From an uncultured Christensenella sp. (GTDB taxonomy: Bacteria > Bacillota > Clostridia > Christensenellales > UBA1242), in the NCBI GenBank assembly GCA_949294455.1, contig CASFHD010000004.1:1-61769 (forward strand): DNA of 61,769 nucleotides, in the 5' to 3' direction. This document shows, in pieces, positions 8,586 to 17,807 of this stretch. The notes under the pieces were generated by a model. It was not told where the DNA came from, ran no database searches, and saw only the letters and a program-made list of their open reading frames with translations. The stretch's first letter is position 1, and the number at the start of each line of letters is the position of its first letter. The translations under genes were made by a program, and so were the position numbers.

Positions 8586-9476
8586 ATGAGTATGTCTAAG
8601 GGAATTAAAACTATTATTAATATTATAGTTTCTACAGTTTTACTAATATTCTGTATATATTTTTTAGTTTTGTTTAATCCTGACAAAGATATGGTTGTTT
8701 ATGCAGATAGCATTAAAATGTGTAAAAATAGTTTTACTATGTATGCGGGCGATTGTTTAGAAATTACTAAAGATGATTTTTTAATAACTCCTTCAGATTA
8801 TTCTGCAACTAGCAGTTTCAAGTGTGATGACAACAACGTTAAAATTTATAAAAACTTAATATATTCTGATGTCGTTGGTGATTATAATATCTCTGTTATT
8901 GCAAAATCTAGTTCAAAAAATTATATATCTGATAGTTTTACATTAAACGTTATAGATAAAGATGTTTCAGATGATTCAGATGATGTTATTTTTACTATAT
9001 CAAATATTTGTGTTAACTTAGGTCAAACTATTGATATTTCCAATTATATATCTAATGACATCAACATTGATGAAATATTTTTTAACACTTATGACAATTT
9101 ATTTTTATACGAGTTTGATTTAACTGCTTTTAAGGTTGGAAGTTTTAAACTTGAGGCAAGTATTTTAGTCGATAACAAGCTTGTATCTGATTCTATGATT
9201 ATTAAAGTTGAAACAAATGATTTGGCTCCTGTTATTTTTGATAGCAATTTTATGGAAATTAATTATGATGATAAGTTTTCATTGATTAAATACACTTTGA
9301 ATGATCTTGATTATCATAATCTTAGGGCTTATGTTTCTATGGAAGGTATTATTGAAATAGTTGAAATTGATTTTAATTGTGTTTATGTTAAAAAGTTAAA
9401 TCTTGGCGAAGTAGTTTTAACTATTTATGATAGAATAAGTAAATTCTCAACTAGTGTAGTTCTTAAAATTGTTTAA
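8586..9476 (+). CDS. membrane-anchored or secreted protein with probable Ig-like repeats
   Basis: N-terminal TM/signal segment, then about three beta-rich units (VVGDYNISV, KVGSFKLEA, NLGEVVLTI). Confidence 0.55.
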   Translation: MSMSKGIKTIINIIVSTVLLIFCIYFLVLFNPDKDMVVYADSIKMCKNSFTMYAGDCLEITKDDFLITPSDYSATSSFKCDDNNVKIYKNLIYSDVVGDYNISVIAKSSSKNYISDSFTLNVIDKDVSDDSDDVIFTISNICVNLGQTIDISNYISNDINIDEIFFNTYDNLFLYEFDLTAFKVGSFKLEASILVDNKLVSDSMIIKVETNDLAPVIFDSNFMEINYDDKFSLIKYTLNDLDYHNLRAYVSMEGIIEIVEIDFNCVYVKKLNLGEVVLTIYDRISKFSTSVVLKIV

Positions 9477-9493
9477 TTTATCTAAGTACTAGT

Positions 9494-9522
9494 TTGACAT
9501 AATATTTTTCAATGTGTATAAT
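9494..9522 (+). promoter_or_regulatory. sigma-A promoter (PHP-whiA)
   Basis: TTGACA-17 nt-TATAAT with extended TG. Confidence 0.75.
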
Positions 9523-9577
9523 ATATAGTATATTATTTTTAAATTTTTTTTGTTTTATTTTTTAATAAAGGAGTATT

Positions 9578-10351
9578 ATGGCATTATTTGGCGATTATCA
9601 TACACATACACCCTATAGTCACGGGAAGGGAACCATCGCTGAGAATGTTCAATCGGCTATAAATAAAGGGTTAAGACAGGTTGCAATAACAGACCACGGT
9701 TTTTCTCACGCTTTATATGCTATGAAGCGAGAGGATATCGTTTCAATGCGAAAAGAAATTGAAGAAGCTGAAGATAGAGCTCCTATTGATGTGTTATTAG
9801 GTGTTGAGGCAAATTTAATTTCTTATGATGGAGACGTTGACATTTTACCTGAAGATTATGATAAATTGGATATTATTTTATGTGGATATCATCAATTTGC
9901 AAAACCTAAGAAAAAAATCGGTTGGTTATCATTTAATGTTAAAAATTTAATTTGTAATAAAATTCATTTTAATACAAAAAGGCAAATAAAGAAAAATACA
10001 AATGCATTTGTTCAAGCTATGCGAAAGTATGATATTGATGTTATTACTCATTTAGGTAGGGGGCTAAAAGTTGATGTTAGAACAGTTGCTAGAGTTGCCA
10101 AAGAAACAAATACATATATTGAATTAAATAGTAAAAACCTTGGATTGTCAGAAAAAGATATAAAAATTTGTATGGAAGAAGGTGTTAAATTTATTATTGA
10201 TTCTGATGCACATACTGCAGAAAGAGTGGGAGAGTGTTCTTTGGGATTAAAAATGATGATTAAATTAAAAATCCCAGAAGAAATGATTGTTAACTATAAT
10301 AAAGTTCCAACATTTAAAAAAGAAAGGAGAAAAGCAAAATTAAATGCTTAA
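9578..10351 (+). CDS. PHP domain phosphoesterase (YcdX-like)
   Basis: DYHTHT, AITDHG, GVEAN and DSDAH motifs. Confidence 0.92.
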   Translation: MALFGDYHTHTPYSHGKGTIAENVQSAINKGLRQVAITDHGFSHALYAMKREDIVSMRKEIEEAEDRAPIDVLLGVEANLISYDGDVDILPEDYDKLDIILCGYHQFAKPKKKIGWLSFNVKNLICNKIHFNTKRQIKKNTNAFVQAMRKYDIDVITHLGRGLKVDVRTVARVAKETNTYIELNSKNLGLSEKDIKICMEEGVKFIIDSDAHTAERVGECSLGLKMMIKLKIPEEMIVNYNKVPTFKKERRKAKLNA

Positions 10352-11219
10352 AACGGTCTTTGATTATATTTTGGATTCTATAAAAGAGACTAATTGTTGT
10401 GCTTATAGTTTTATTCATACAGTATTGTTTAACTCTGCTAAAATTGACGGAAACGATTTGAGACTTGTAAATTTGAAGCCTTTATTTTTAAAATTTAAAA
10501 AAGTTATAGAGAATTTTTTGCCTAATATATTTATAATTTTAGAAAATGAAGATATTGTTATTAAAAATATAAATTTTCATTTGCTCAACAATGAATTCAA
10601 TTTGGAAAATGATAAACTGCCTTCTAGTTCGTTGGGAAATGATTGTTGTTTAATTACTCAAATCAAAACTAATCTTTTATTAAATGGAGATTTAATTTAC
10701 AATGACAAGTTTGAAGAAAATTCTAAAGGTTATTTATTGGAATTTTATTTTAAAACTGAAGATAAAAGATTAAATTTTGAAAATATTTTATCGAAAATAA
10801 ATATTTATCTTAAAAAGAGAGAAAGATTTGGACTGTTTTATTTGTATTCAAGTGGTGCTGAAGACATATATGATATTTTAGTGAAAATTGGACTATCGAA
10901 AATCGCTCTTGATATTGAAAATAATTTAATAATTAGACAAACCAAGAATGATACAAACAGAAAATTTAATTGTATGAAATCAAATATACAAAAAAGCGTT
11001 AATTCTAGCATCAAACAATTGGAAGCGATAGATACAATAAAGGATTTACCAGAATTTGAATTGTTAGATGAAGATAGCAAAGAAATTGCACTTTTAAGAC
11101 TTTCAAATCCTAATGCTACATTAAGGGAACTATGTCAATTGCATTCTAAAAAGATTTCACCAGCAGGTATCAAATATAAATTAGATAAAATTATTAATTT
11201 ATATAAAAATATTAAGTGA
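10344..11219 (+). CDS. whiA: WhiA-family DNA-binding protein (divergent)
   Basis: GYLLEFYF, TNRKFNCMKSNIQKSV and the HTH LRLSNPNATLREL...ISPAGIKYKL. Conserved position between PHP and dnaE. Confidence 0.8.
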   Translation: MLKTVFDYILDSIKETNCCAYSFIHTVLFNSAKIDGNDLRLVNLKPLFLKFKKVIENFLPNIFIILENEDIVIKNINFHLLNNEFNLENDKLPSSSLGNDCCLITQIKTNLLLNGDLIYNDKFEENSKGYLLEFYFKTEDKRLNFENILSKINIYLKKRERFGLFYLYSSGAEDIYDILVKIGLSKIALDIENNLIIRQTKNDTNRKFNCMKSNIQKSVNSSIKQLEAIDTIKDLPEFELLDEDSKEIALLRLSNPNATLRELCQLHSKKISPAGIKYKLDKIINLYKNIK

Positions 11220-11486
11220 TTTTAAAAAATGAATAAAAAATATCAGATGTGTTTAAAAACGTAAAAAGTTAAAATATTCCTTATAGAGTTTGATTTTTAA
11301 AAATTTAATTTATTATATTTATAAATTTTAACTATCAAAATTTAAAACTATATTAAACTCATTGAATCAAATGTATAAATTAATGCAACTATAAATATTA
11401 TCTATTAATGATTTGTCTGTTTAAGAATAGATAATATTTTTTTATGTAAACTATGATATAATTTATGCTTTAATTTTAACTTTAAC

Positions 11487-11515
11487 TTGACAATATTAGA
11501 CAATTTAAATATAAT
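11487..11515 (+). promoter_or_regulatory. sigma-A promoter of dnaE
   Basis: TTGACA-17 nt-TATAAT. Confidence 0.75.
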
Positions 11516-11532
11516 AACCTAAAGGTGAAATT

Positions 11533-14500
11533 ATGAGTTTTGTTCATTTGCACGTGCATACTGAATATAGTCTTTTGGATGGTGCAGCAAGGATAGATAA
11601 ATTAGTAAAAAAGTGTAAAGATTGTAATATGCCTGCAGTGGCAATTACTGACCACGGCAATATGTATGGTGCAATCACTTTTTATGATGAATGTGTTGCA
11701 AATGGAATAAAAGCTATAATAGGTTGTGAGTTTTATACAACAAAAGATTTAACTGAAAAAGTAGGAAAACAAAAATTAAATCATTTAATTTTGCTTGCAA
11801 AAAATGAACAAGGGTATAAAAATCTTTGTAAACTTAATTCTATTGCATTTAAAGATGGGTATTATTATAAACCCAGAATAGATAGAAAGACTCTTGAAAA
11901 ATATCACGAAGGTTTGATTTGTTTATCGGCTTGCGTGGCAGGTGAATTGCCACAATTGATTTTATCAAATGAATTAGACAAAGCGGAAGAGTTGGTGAAG
12001 TGGTTTAAAAATCTTTTTCAAGATGATTATTATTTAGAACTTCAAAATCATCATTTGGAAGAACAATTAATTGTGAATGAAAAATTAAGAGAATATTCAA
12101 AAAAATATAATATCAAAACGGTTGCTACTAATGACTGCCATTATATTGAAAGAGAAGATTCTCAGGCGCAAGATGTATTGATGTGTGTGCAAATGCAAAA
12201 GACTATTGATGACCCTGATAGGTTAAAATTTCCAAATGACGAGTTTTATTTTAAAACAAGGGAAGAAATGGAACAAGTTTTCCCTAATGATATTGAAGCG
12301 CTTGATACAACTTTAGAAATCGCTGATAAGTGTAATGTTAAATTTGAATATGGACATTATCTTTATCCTAAATACCAACCGCCAGAAGGTTATACACCAG
12401 CAGAATATTTAAGGAAACTAGCAATGGACGGGATTAAGAAAAAATACAAAGAACTAACAAAAACCGTTCTTGATAGATTTGAAATGGAATTTGGAGTAAT
12501 TCAAAAGCAAGGGTATATTGAATATTTCTTAATAGTTTGGGATTATATCAACGCCGCCAGAGAAATGGGAATTTCAGTAGGGCCAGGTAGAGGTTCAGGT
12601 GCTGGTTCCATTGTGGCTTATGCGATAGGTATTACAAATATTGATCCTTTAAAATACGATTTGTTCTTTGAAAGGTTTTTGAACACTGAAAGAGTGTCGG
12701 CGCCAGATTTTGATGTTGATTTTGAAGATAGTAGAAGACAAGAAGTTATTGAATATGTTAAACGAAAATATGGTGAAGACAGAGTTGTAAAAATTGTAAC
12801 TTTTGGAACAATGGCGGCTAAAAATGCTATAAAAGATGTAGGTAGAGTCTTAAGAGTACCTTATTCAGTTCTTGATAATGTTACGAAATTAATTCCAACA
12901 CTAAAAAAACCTGTTTTGCCTAAAGTTTTTGGTTTTTATCAACCTAAAGAAGGTTCAAAAGATTTTGGTAAAGATTTTAAAGTACCAGAACTTGTGGAAA
13001 TGTACAATACAAATCCTGATATTAAAAGGGTAATTGATATTGCAATGAAAATTGAAGATAGCCCTAGACAGTGTTCAACTCACGCTTGTGGTGTCGTTAT
13101 TGGGGCTGATGTACTAGATAAATATATTCCACTTTCTAGAAATGGCGAAGATATTACAACTCAATACAATATGGTACAAATTGAACATTTAGGTCATTTA
13201 AAAATGGACTTTTTGGGACTGAGAAACTTAACCGATATTAAGGAATGTATAAAGTATGTAAAAGAAAATCATAATGTTGACATAGATTTTGACAACAATA
13301 CTTATGATGACCCAAATGTATATAAATTAATTTCGTCAGGGGATACTAAAGGAATATTCCAAATTGAAAGTGCTGGCTTTCAAAAATTTATGAAAGAACT
13401 GCAACCAACTCTTTTGGAAGATATTATAGCCGCTGTGTCGCTTTATAGACCTGGTCCAATGGATTCAATTCCAAGATATGTTCACAACAAACATCACCCT
13501 GAAGATACTAAATATGACCACCCTCTTTTAGAGCCTATATTAAATGTTACTTATGGCTGTATCGTTTATCAAGAACAAGTTATGAAAATTGTTCAAGATT
13601 TAGCGGGATATACTCTAGGTCAAGCGGATAATGTTCGTCGTATGATGGGTAAGAAAAAAATTGATGCAATGCAAAAAGAAAAACAAGTTTTTTTGTATGG
13701 TAAGCCCGAAACTGTTGATTCAAATGGAAAGATTAACCGCGCTATTGATGGTGCAATAAAAAGAGGCGTCAGTGAAGAAGTCGCAAGTAAAATTTGGGGA
13801 GAAATGGAAACATTTGCTTCATACGCCTTTAATAAATCTCACGCTGCAGCATATTCGTTGGTAACTTATCAAACTGCTTATCTAAAATGTTATTATTTGG
13901 TAGAATTTATAACTTCTATCTTAAACAACCGAATAACTAAAATTGATGAACTTACCAACTATATCGCTTATGCAAAGGAAAAGAAAATCGAAGTATTGCC
14001 ACCAGATATTAACAAATCAGTAACCTATTTTTCTACTGATGGAAAAAGCATTAGATTTGGTCTTGCTGGACTTAGAAATGTTGGTATTTCTGTGATAGAT
14101 GAATTAATTGAAGAACGAAATAAATACGGCGAATTTAAAGATTTTATGGATTTTGTAAATCGTGCAAATCCTATGGCTCTTAATAAGAGATGTCTTGAAA
14201 GTTTAATATTGTCAGGAGCGTTTGATTGCTTTGGAAAAACTAGAAGTTGTTTGATGGGGTGTTATCCTAAAGCTGTCGAAATGGCGTTGAGCAAAAAGAA
14301 AAATGAAAGCAGTGGACAATTCTCAATGTTTGGCAGTTTGATAAAAGAAGAAGATGTCAGTGGGTTTAGTTATCCAAATATTCCAGAATTTACACCTAGA
14401 GTAAAATTAGCATACGAAAAAGAAATTGCAGGAATTTATTTGTCAGGACACCCTTTAGATGATTACAGAAATGCGATGAAAGATTTTACTTTAACCTCAA

Positions 14501-15111
14501 ATATGTTGTTGGTGGAAGAAGATGAGATTGAAGATCCGTATAATGAGCAACAAGATGGTTTAATTGTGGATTCAGGTTTTAAAAATGGAGATGCTGTAGT
14601 TTGTGGTGGTGCTATTAGTCAGATAAAATTACATTTATCAAAAAGTGGTAAACGAATGGCGTTTGGCGTGATAGAAGATTTATTCGGAAGTATTGAAGTG
14701 GTAGCATTTCCAAATGTTTATGAAAAATATAAAGATTTATTAGTCCAGGATAATCTTGTAAAAATAAAAGGAAAATATTCTGTCAGAGTTGGTCAAAAAC
14801 CTAGCGTTATGATTGATAGTGTACAATTGTTAGATGGAAGTGGCGAAGATGAACAACAAAGTCTTGAAGAAAAAATTGTGTTAAAACCTGTTAAACAAAA
14901 AAAGTTATGTATGAAGTATGATCTTACTGATATTAATTTGCATAATGCTGTAAAAAATATATTAAAAACTTATGAAGGTTTTAGCGAGGTGTATGTTAAA
15001 AATACAAGCGATAATAAAAGTTATAAGTTGAATTTAACTATTGAACCTAGAGAGGCATTGTTGTATGAATTGGAAACAGTATTAGATAAAGGAAACGCTG
15101 TATATTTTTAA
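11533..15111 (+). CDS. dnaE: DNA polymerase III alpha subunit
   Basis: FVHLHVHTEYSLLDG PHP domain, GRGSGAGS, PDFDVDF, KMDFLGL, YAFNKSH and an OB fold. Confidence 0.98.
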   Translation: MSFVHLHVHTEYSLLDGAARIDKLVKKCKDCNMPAVAITDHGNMYGAITFYDECVANGIKAIIGCEFYTTKDLTEKVGKQKLNHLILLAKNEQGYKNLCKLNSIAFKDGYYYKPRIDRKTLEKYHEGLICLSACVAGELPQLILSNELDKAEELVKWFKNLFQDDYYLELQNHHLEEQLIVNEKLREYSKKYNIKTVATNDCHYIEREDSQAQDVLMCVQMQKTIDDPDRLKFPNDEFYFKTREEMEQVFPNDIEALDTTLEIADKCNVKFEYGHYLYPKYQPPEGYTPAEYLRKLAMDGIKKKYKELTKTVLDRFEMEFGVIQKQGYIEYFLIVWDYINAAREMGISVGPGRGSGAGSIVAYAIGITNIDPLKYDLFFERFLNTERVSAPDFDVDFEDSRRQEVIEYVKRKYGEDRVVKIVTFGTMAAKNAIKDVGRVLRVPYSVLDNVTKLIPTLKKPVLPKVFGFYQPKEGSKDFGKDFKVPELVEMYNTNPDIKRVIDIAMKIEDSPRQCSTHACGVVIGADVLDKYIPLSRNGEDITTQYNMVQIEHLGHLKMDFLGLRNLTDIKECIKYVKENHNVDIDFDNNTYDDPNVYKLISSGDTKGIFQIESAGFQKFMKELQPTLLEDIIAAVSLYRPGPMDSIPRYVHNKHHPEDTKYDHPLLEPILNVTYGCIVYQEQVMKIVQDLAGYTLGQADNVRRMMGKKKIDAMQKEKQVFLYGKPETVDSNGKINRAIDGAIKRGVSEEVASKIWGEMETFASYAFNKSHAAAYSLVTYQTAYLKCYYLVEFITSILNNRITKIDELTNYIAYAKEKKIEVLPPDINKSVTYFSTDGKSIRFGLAGLRNVGISVIDELIEERNKYGEFKDFMDFVNRANPMALNKRCLESLILSGAFDCFGKTRSCLMGCYPKAVEMALSKKKNESSGQFSMFGSLIKEEDVSGFSYPNIPEFTPRVKLAYEKEIAGIYLSGHPLDDYRNAMKDFTLTSNMLLVEEDEIEDPYNEQQDGLIVDSGFKNGDAVVCGGAISQIKLHLSKSGKRMAFGVIEDLFGSIEVVAFPNVYEKYKDLLVQDNLVKIKGKYSVRVGQKPSVMIDSVQLLDGSGEDEQQSLEEKIVLKPVKQKKLCMKYDLTDINLHNAVKNILKTYEGFSEVYVKNTSDNKSYKLNLTIEPREALLYELETVLDKGNAVYF

Positions 15112-15404
15112 AATTCTTAATATATAATTAGAGCTATTTTTAAAATGTATATATTTTATTGCTCTAATTTTTTATTTTATTAAACGAAAAAATTTTGCAA
15201 CATGGGTGGTTTAATCTTATAATGGAAAAAAAGTTTAAGTTTTGTTTTTTGCCATAAATAAATCTTTAATGTTTTATTGCTGAAAAGAACTTAATTTTTT
15301 ATTTACATAATAAAAAAAGATAATGTATATTGAAATTACATTATCTTTCTGCTTGATTTCTGTAAAGAAATGATTAATCTTACAAATTAATATTATAATA
15401 TTTA

Positions 15405-15752
15405 TTATTCCGACCATTTTTTTACTAATCTGCCATCATTATCTTTTGCAGAGCCAACAATAATCATAATCAAATCTACCAAAACCCAAATAGATGTTAC
15501 AAAAGCACCAATTATTGTTATTGTTAAAATAAGTTGTGTAATACCAACACTTTTTTTACCCAAATAAAAGTTGTGAATTCCTAGCCCACCAACAAAAAAA
15601 GCAAGTAGAAGGGCGACTAGTCGAGATTTTGGACTGATGTTTAATTCTATTTCATTTGGTATAGTGGTTTCTGTAGATTTTAAATTACAACCACAATGAC
15701 CGCAAAATGTTGCATCGTCAGCGACTTCTTGTCCACATTGTTTACAAAACAT
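15405..15752 (-). CDS. zinc-ribbon plus TM2 domain protein
   Basis: MFCKQCG...FCGHCG followed by KSRLVALLLAFFVGGLGIHNFYLG. Confidence 0.9.
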   Translation of the reverse strand: MFCKQCGQEVADDATFCGHCGCNLKSTETTIPNEIELNISPKSRLVALLLAFFVGGLGIHNFYLGKKSVGITQLILTITIIGAFVTSIWVLVDLIMIIVGSAKDNDGRLVKKWSE

Positions 15753-15863
15753 ATTTTCCCCTTTTAAATATCATATTATCGATATGTATTAAATATAATC
15801 AAAATGACGAAATTTGTCAAATACATTAATATATTAATATATAATAAAAATAATTTATTTAAT

Positions 15864-16727
15864 TTAATAATCTAAAAATTCTATTTCAGGGTGTAATTCT
15901 AAGTTGTATTTTTTTTTAACTTTGTTTTGAATATATGAAATCAAGTTTTTGTAATCACTGCTTGTAGCATTGTTAAAATTTATTATAAAGTTAGAATGAA
16001 GATTTGAAATCATAGCGCCACCTATTTTGAATCCTTTTAAATTTAAGTTATCAATTAACTTGGCAGAATGGTAATTTTCGCCATTTAAAAATACACTACC
16101 TAAACTTTTTTCGTTTATTGGTTGTGTAGAACTTTTTAATTTTAAATACTTTTTTGTTAATTTTATTATATTTTCTTTTGATTTTTTAATTTTTTTAAAT
16201 TTTGCAGATATTATAAGGTAATTTTCATTTTTAAAAAGACTATTTCTATATTTAAATTGACATTTTTCTTTATTAAATATTTTTATTTTTTTATTATCTA
16301 TATCATAGACTTGAACACTTATTATGTTGTCGCTTATGTTGTGATTGAAACAGCTTAAATTATTTACTATCGCACCACCAACATTGGCTGGAATCGATAC
16401 AAAATATTCAAGTCCACCTAAATTTTGTTCTTTTAAAATTTGATTTACTTTTGATAATCTTGCCCCTGAATAAATTATAATATAATCATTTTTTACTATA
16501 ATATTTTCCTTTGTGAATTTGATAATGCTTCCATTAAATCCCTTGTCGTCAAATAATATATTAGAGGTATTCCCTATAATTTTGAATTTTGAATTTTTTT
16601 CGTATAATTCATTTAATTTTGATATAATATCTTTTATGCAGTTAGTGTAAAAATAAGTTTTGGCTTTTCCACCTATGCCTATTACTGAAATTTCATTTAA
16701 TGGAAAATCTTTATATTCTTTTATCAT
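15864..16727 (-). CDS. murB: UDP-N-acetylenolpyruvoylglucosamine reductase
   Basis: IGNTSNILFDD, GLEYFVSIPANVGGA, FKYRNS, SLGSVFLN, HSNFIIN and LHPEI motifs. Confidence 0.92.
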   Translation of the reverse strand: MIKEYKDFPLNEISVIGIGGKAKTYFYTNCIKDIISKLNELYEKNSKFKIIGNTSNILFDDKGFNGSIIKFTKENIIVKNDYIIIYSGARLSKVNQILKEQNLGGLEYFVSIPANVGGAIVNNLSCFNHNISDNIISVQVYDIDNKKIKIFNKEKCQFKYRNSLFKNENYLIISAKFKKIKKSKENIIKLTKKYLKLKSSTQPINEKSLGSVFLNGENYHSAKLIDNLNLKGFKIGGAMISNLHSNFIINFNNATSSDYKNLISYIQNKVKKKYNLELHPEIEFLDY

Positions 16728-16728
16728 A

Positions 16729-17640
16729 TTATTCCTTTTTAAAAACATTAGGCACAAAACATTTTTTTATTGCGCTTTCCATTTCCTTATATTCGTTTGA
16801 AAAATACAATGTAAGAGGTTTAGTGGAAAATAAAGAATATTCGCTTAATGTCATTTGATTTTCGTTATCTAGTAAAAATTCTAAAAAGTTTAAACTTATT
16901 TCGCTAGTTTTAATAATTCCAAAATATTGTATTAAATCAGTATAATAATCTATATAATTAAAACTTGTATCTAATCTGCCTAAAGTAGATAAATTTTTTA
17001 ATCTATATAAATCTCTGCCCGTACCTATTAGACTTGAAATAGTTGAGTTTACAAATTCTTTGTATGCTTCGTATTGAGTGTAAGTATTTTCTAATGTTGT
17101 TATAGACAATTTCTTTAAAATAGGTTCGCAACTTGTAAGAGTATTACTTGAATATACATAATCTAAATTATTTGAATTTGTTTTTCTTGCAATAATGTAA
17201 CCGCTAGATATGTATGGTATAGCATAAATTTTGTTATTGAAAGTGGAGGAGTTTATAAAATTATCATTAACACCATAATTGGAATTTATTGGATCTAAAT
17301 AAGGCAATATTATTTCTCCTACGCCATAACCAAATGATATCATATCTGCAGGTTCATTTTCTAAAGTCTTTTCTAGTTTATCAGGTGATATCATTTTTGT
17401 CATAATAAGTATACCTTTATTTTCTTTTTCAAATGCCCTTGCAATCTCGTTTAAATATGATAATCTACTTTTTCCGCCACCTTCAAAAGTTTCAATATGA
17501 TAAATAGTAAATATTTGTAATTCTTTTTTGCTGTTGTCTAACATGTAAATTTTTTTTGACGAAAAAAGAAAAAATATAGGAATTATTAAAAAAATTACTA
17601 CAAAAATGACAATATTTAGAATTTTTTTATATTTTTTCAC
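16729..17640 (-). CDS. extracellular solute-binding-protein-like protein
   Basis: N-terminal TM, HIETFEGG..SR and KIYAIPY motifs. No permease genes nearby. Confidence 0.55.
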   Translation of the reverse strand: MKKYKKILNIVIFVVIFLIIPIFFLFSSKKIYMLDNSKKELQIFTIYHIETFEGGGKSRLSYLNEIARAFEKENKGILIMTKMISPDKLEKTLENEPADMISFGYGVGEIILPYLDPINSNYGVNDNFINSSTFNNKIYAIPYISSGYIIARKTNSNNLDYVYSSNTLTSCEPILKKLSITTLENTYTQYEAYKEFVNSTISSLIGTGRDLYRLKNLSTLGRLDTSFNYIDYYTDLIQYFGIIKTSEISLNFLEFLLDNENQMTLSEYSLFSTKPLTLYFSNEYKEMESAIKKCFVPNVFKKE

Positions 17641-17772
17641 AAAATATTATATGTTTTTAAATAAATTTAAGAACTTTATAACAAAACATATTTGTTTTAA
17701 AACACAAGCGATTGTTTACAGATAAATAATATTTATTGTAAGCAATAATGATGCAGATAATAATTTTAAAAA

Positions 17773-17801
17773 TTGACTACAAAAATTTATTTGTATATAA
17801 T
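17773..17801 (+). promoter_or_regulatory. sigma-A promoter of uvrC (leaderless geometry)
   Basis: TTGACT-17 nt-TATAAT with 6 nt between the -10 box and ATG 17808. Confidence 0.7.
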
Positions 17802-17807
17802 TATGTT

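Noticed and set aside
11424-11452. dif-like site: TTATGTAAACT equals the B. subtilis dif right arm
   Set aside because: The left arm fits only with a 7-bp spacer and is the stem of a terminator-like hairpin (AATATTATCTATT/AATAGATAATATT plus T-run). A chance match in AT-rich DNA is likely.
11533-15111. Intein or split in dnaE
   Set aside because: Length and domain order are normal and no intein terminal motifs are seen.
17683-17698. AAAACA-TATT-TGTTTT palindrome upstream of uvrC as a LexA box
   Set aside because: It does not fit the Firmicute GAAC-N4-GTTC spacing or sequence.
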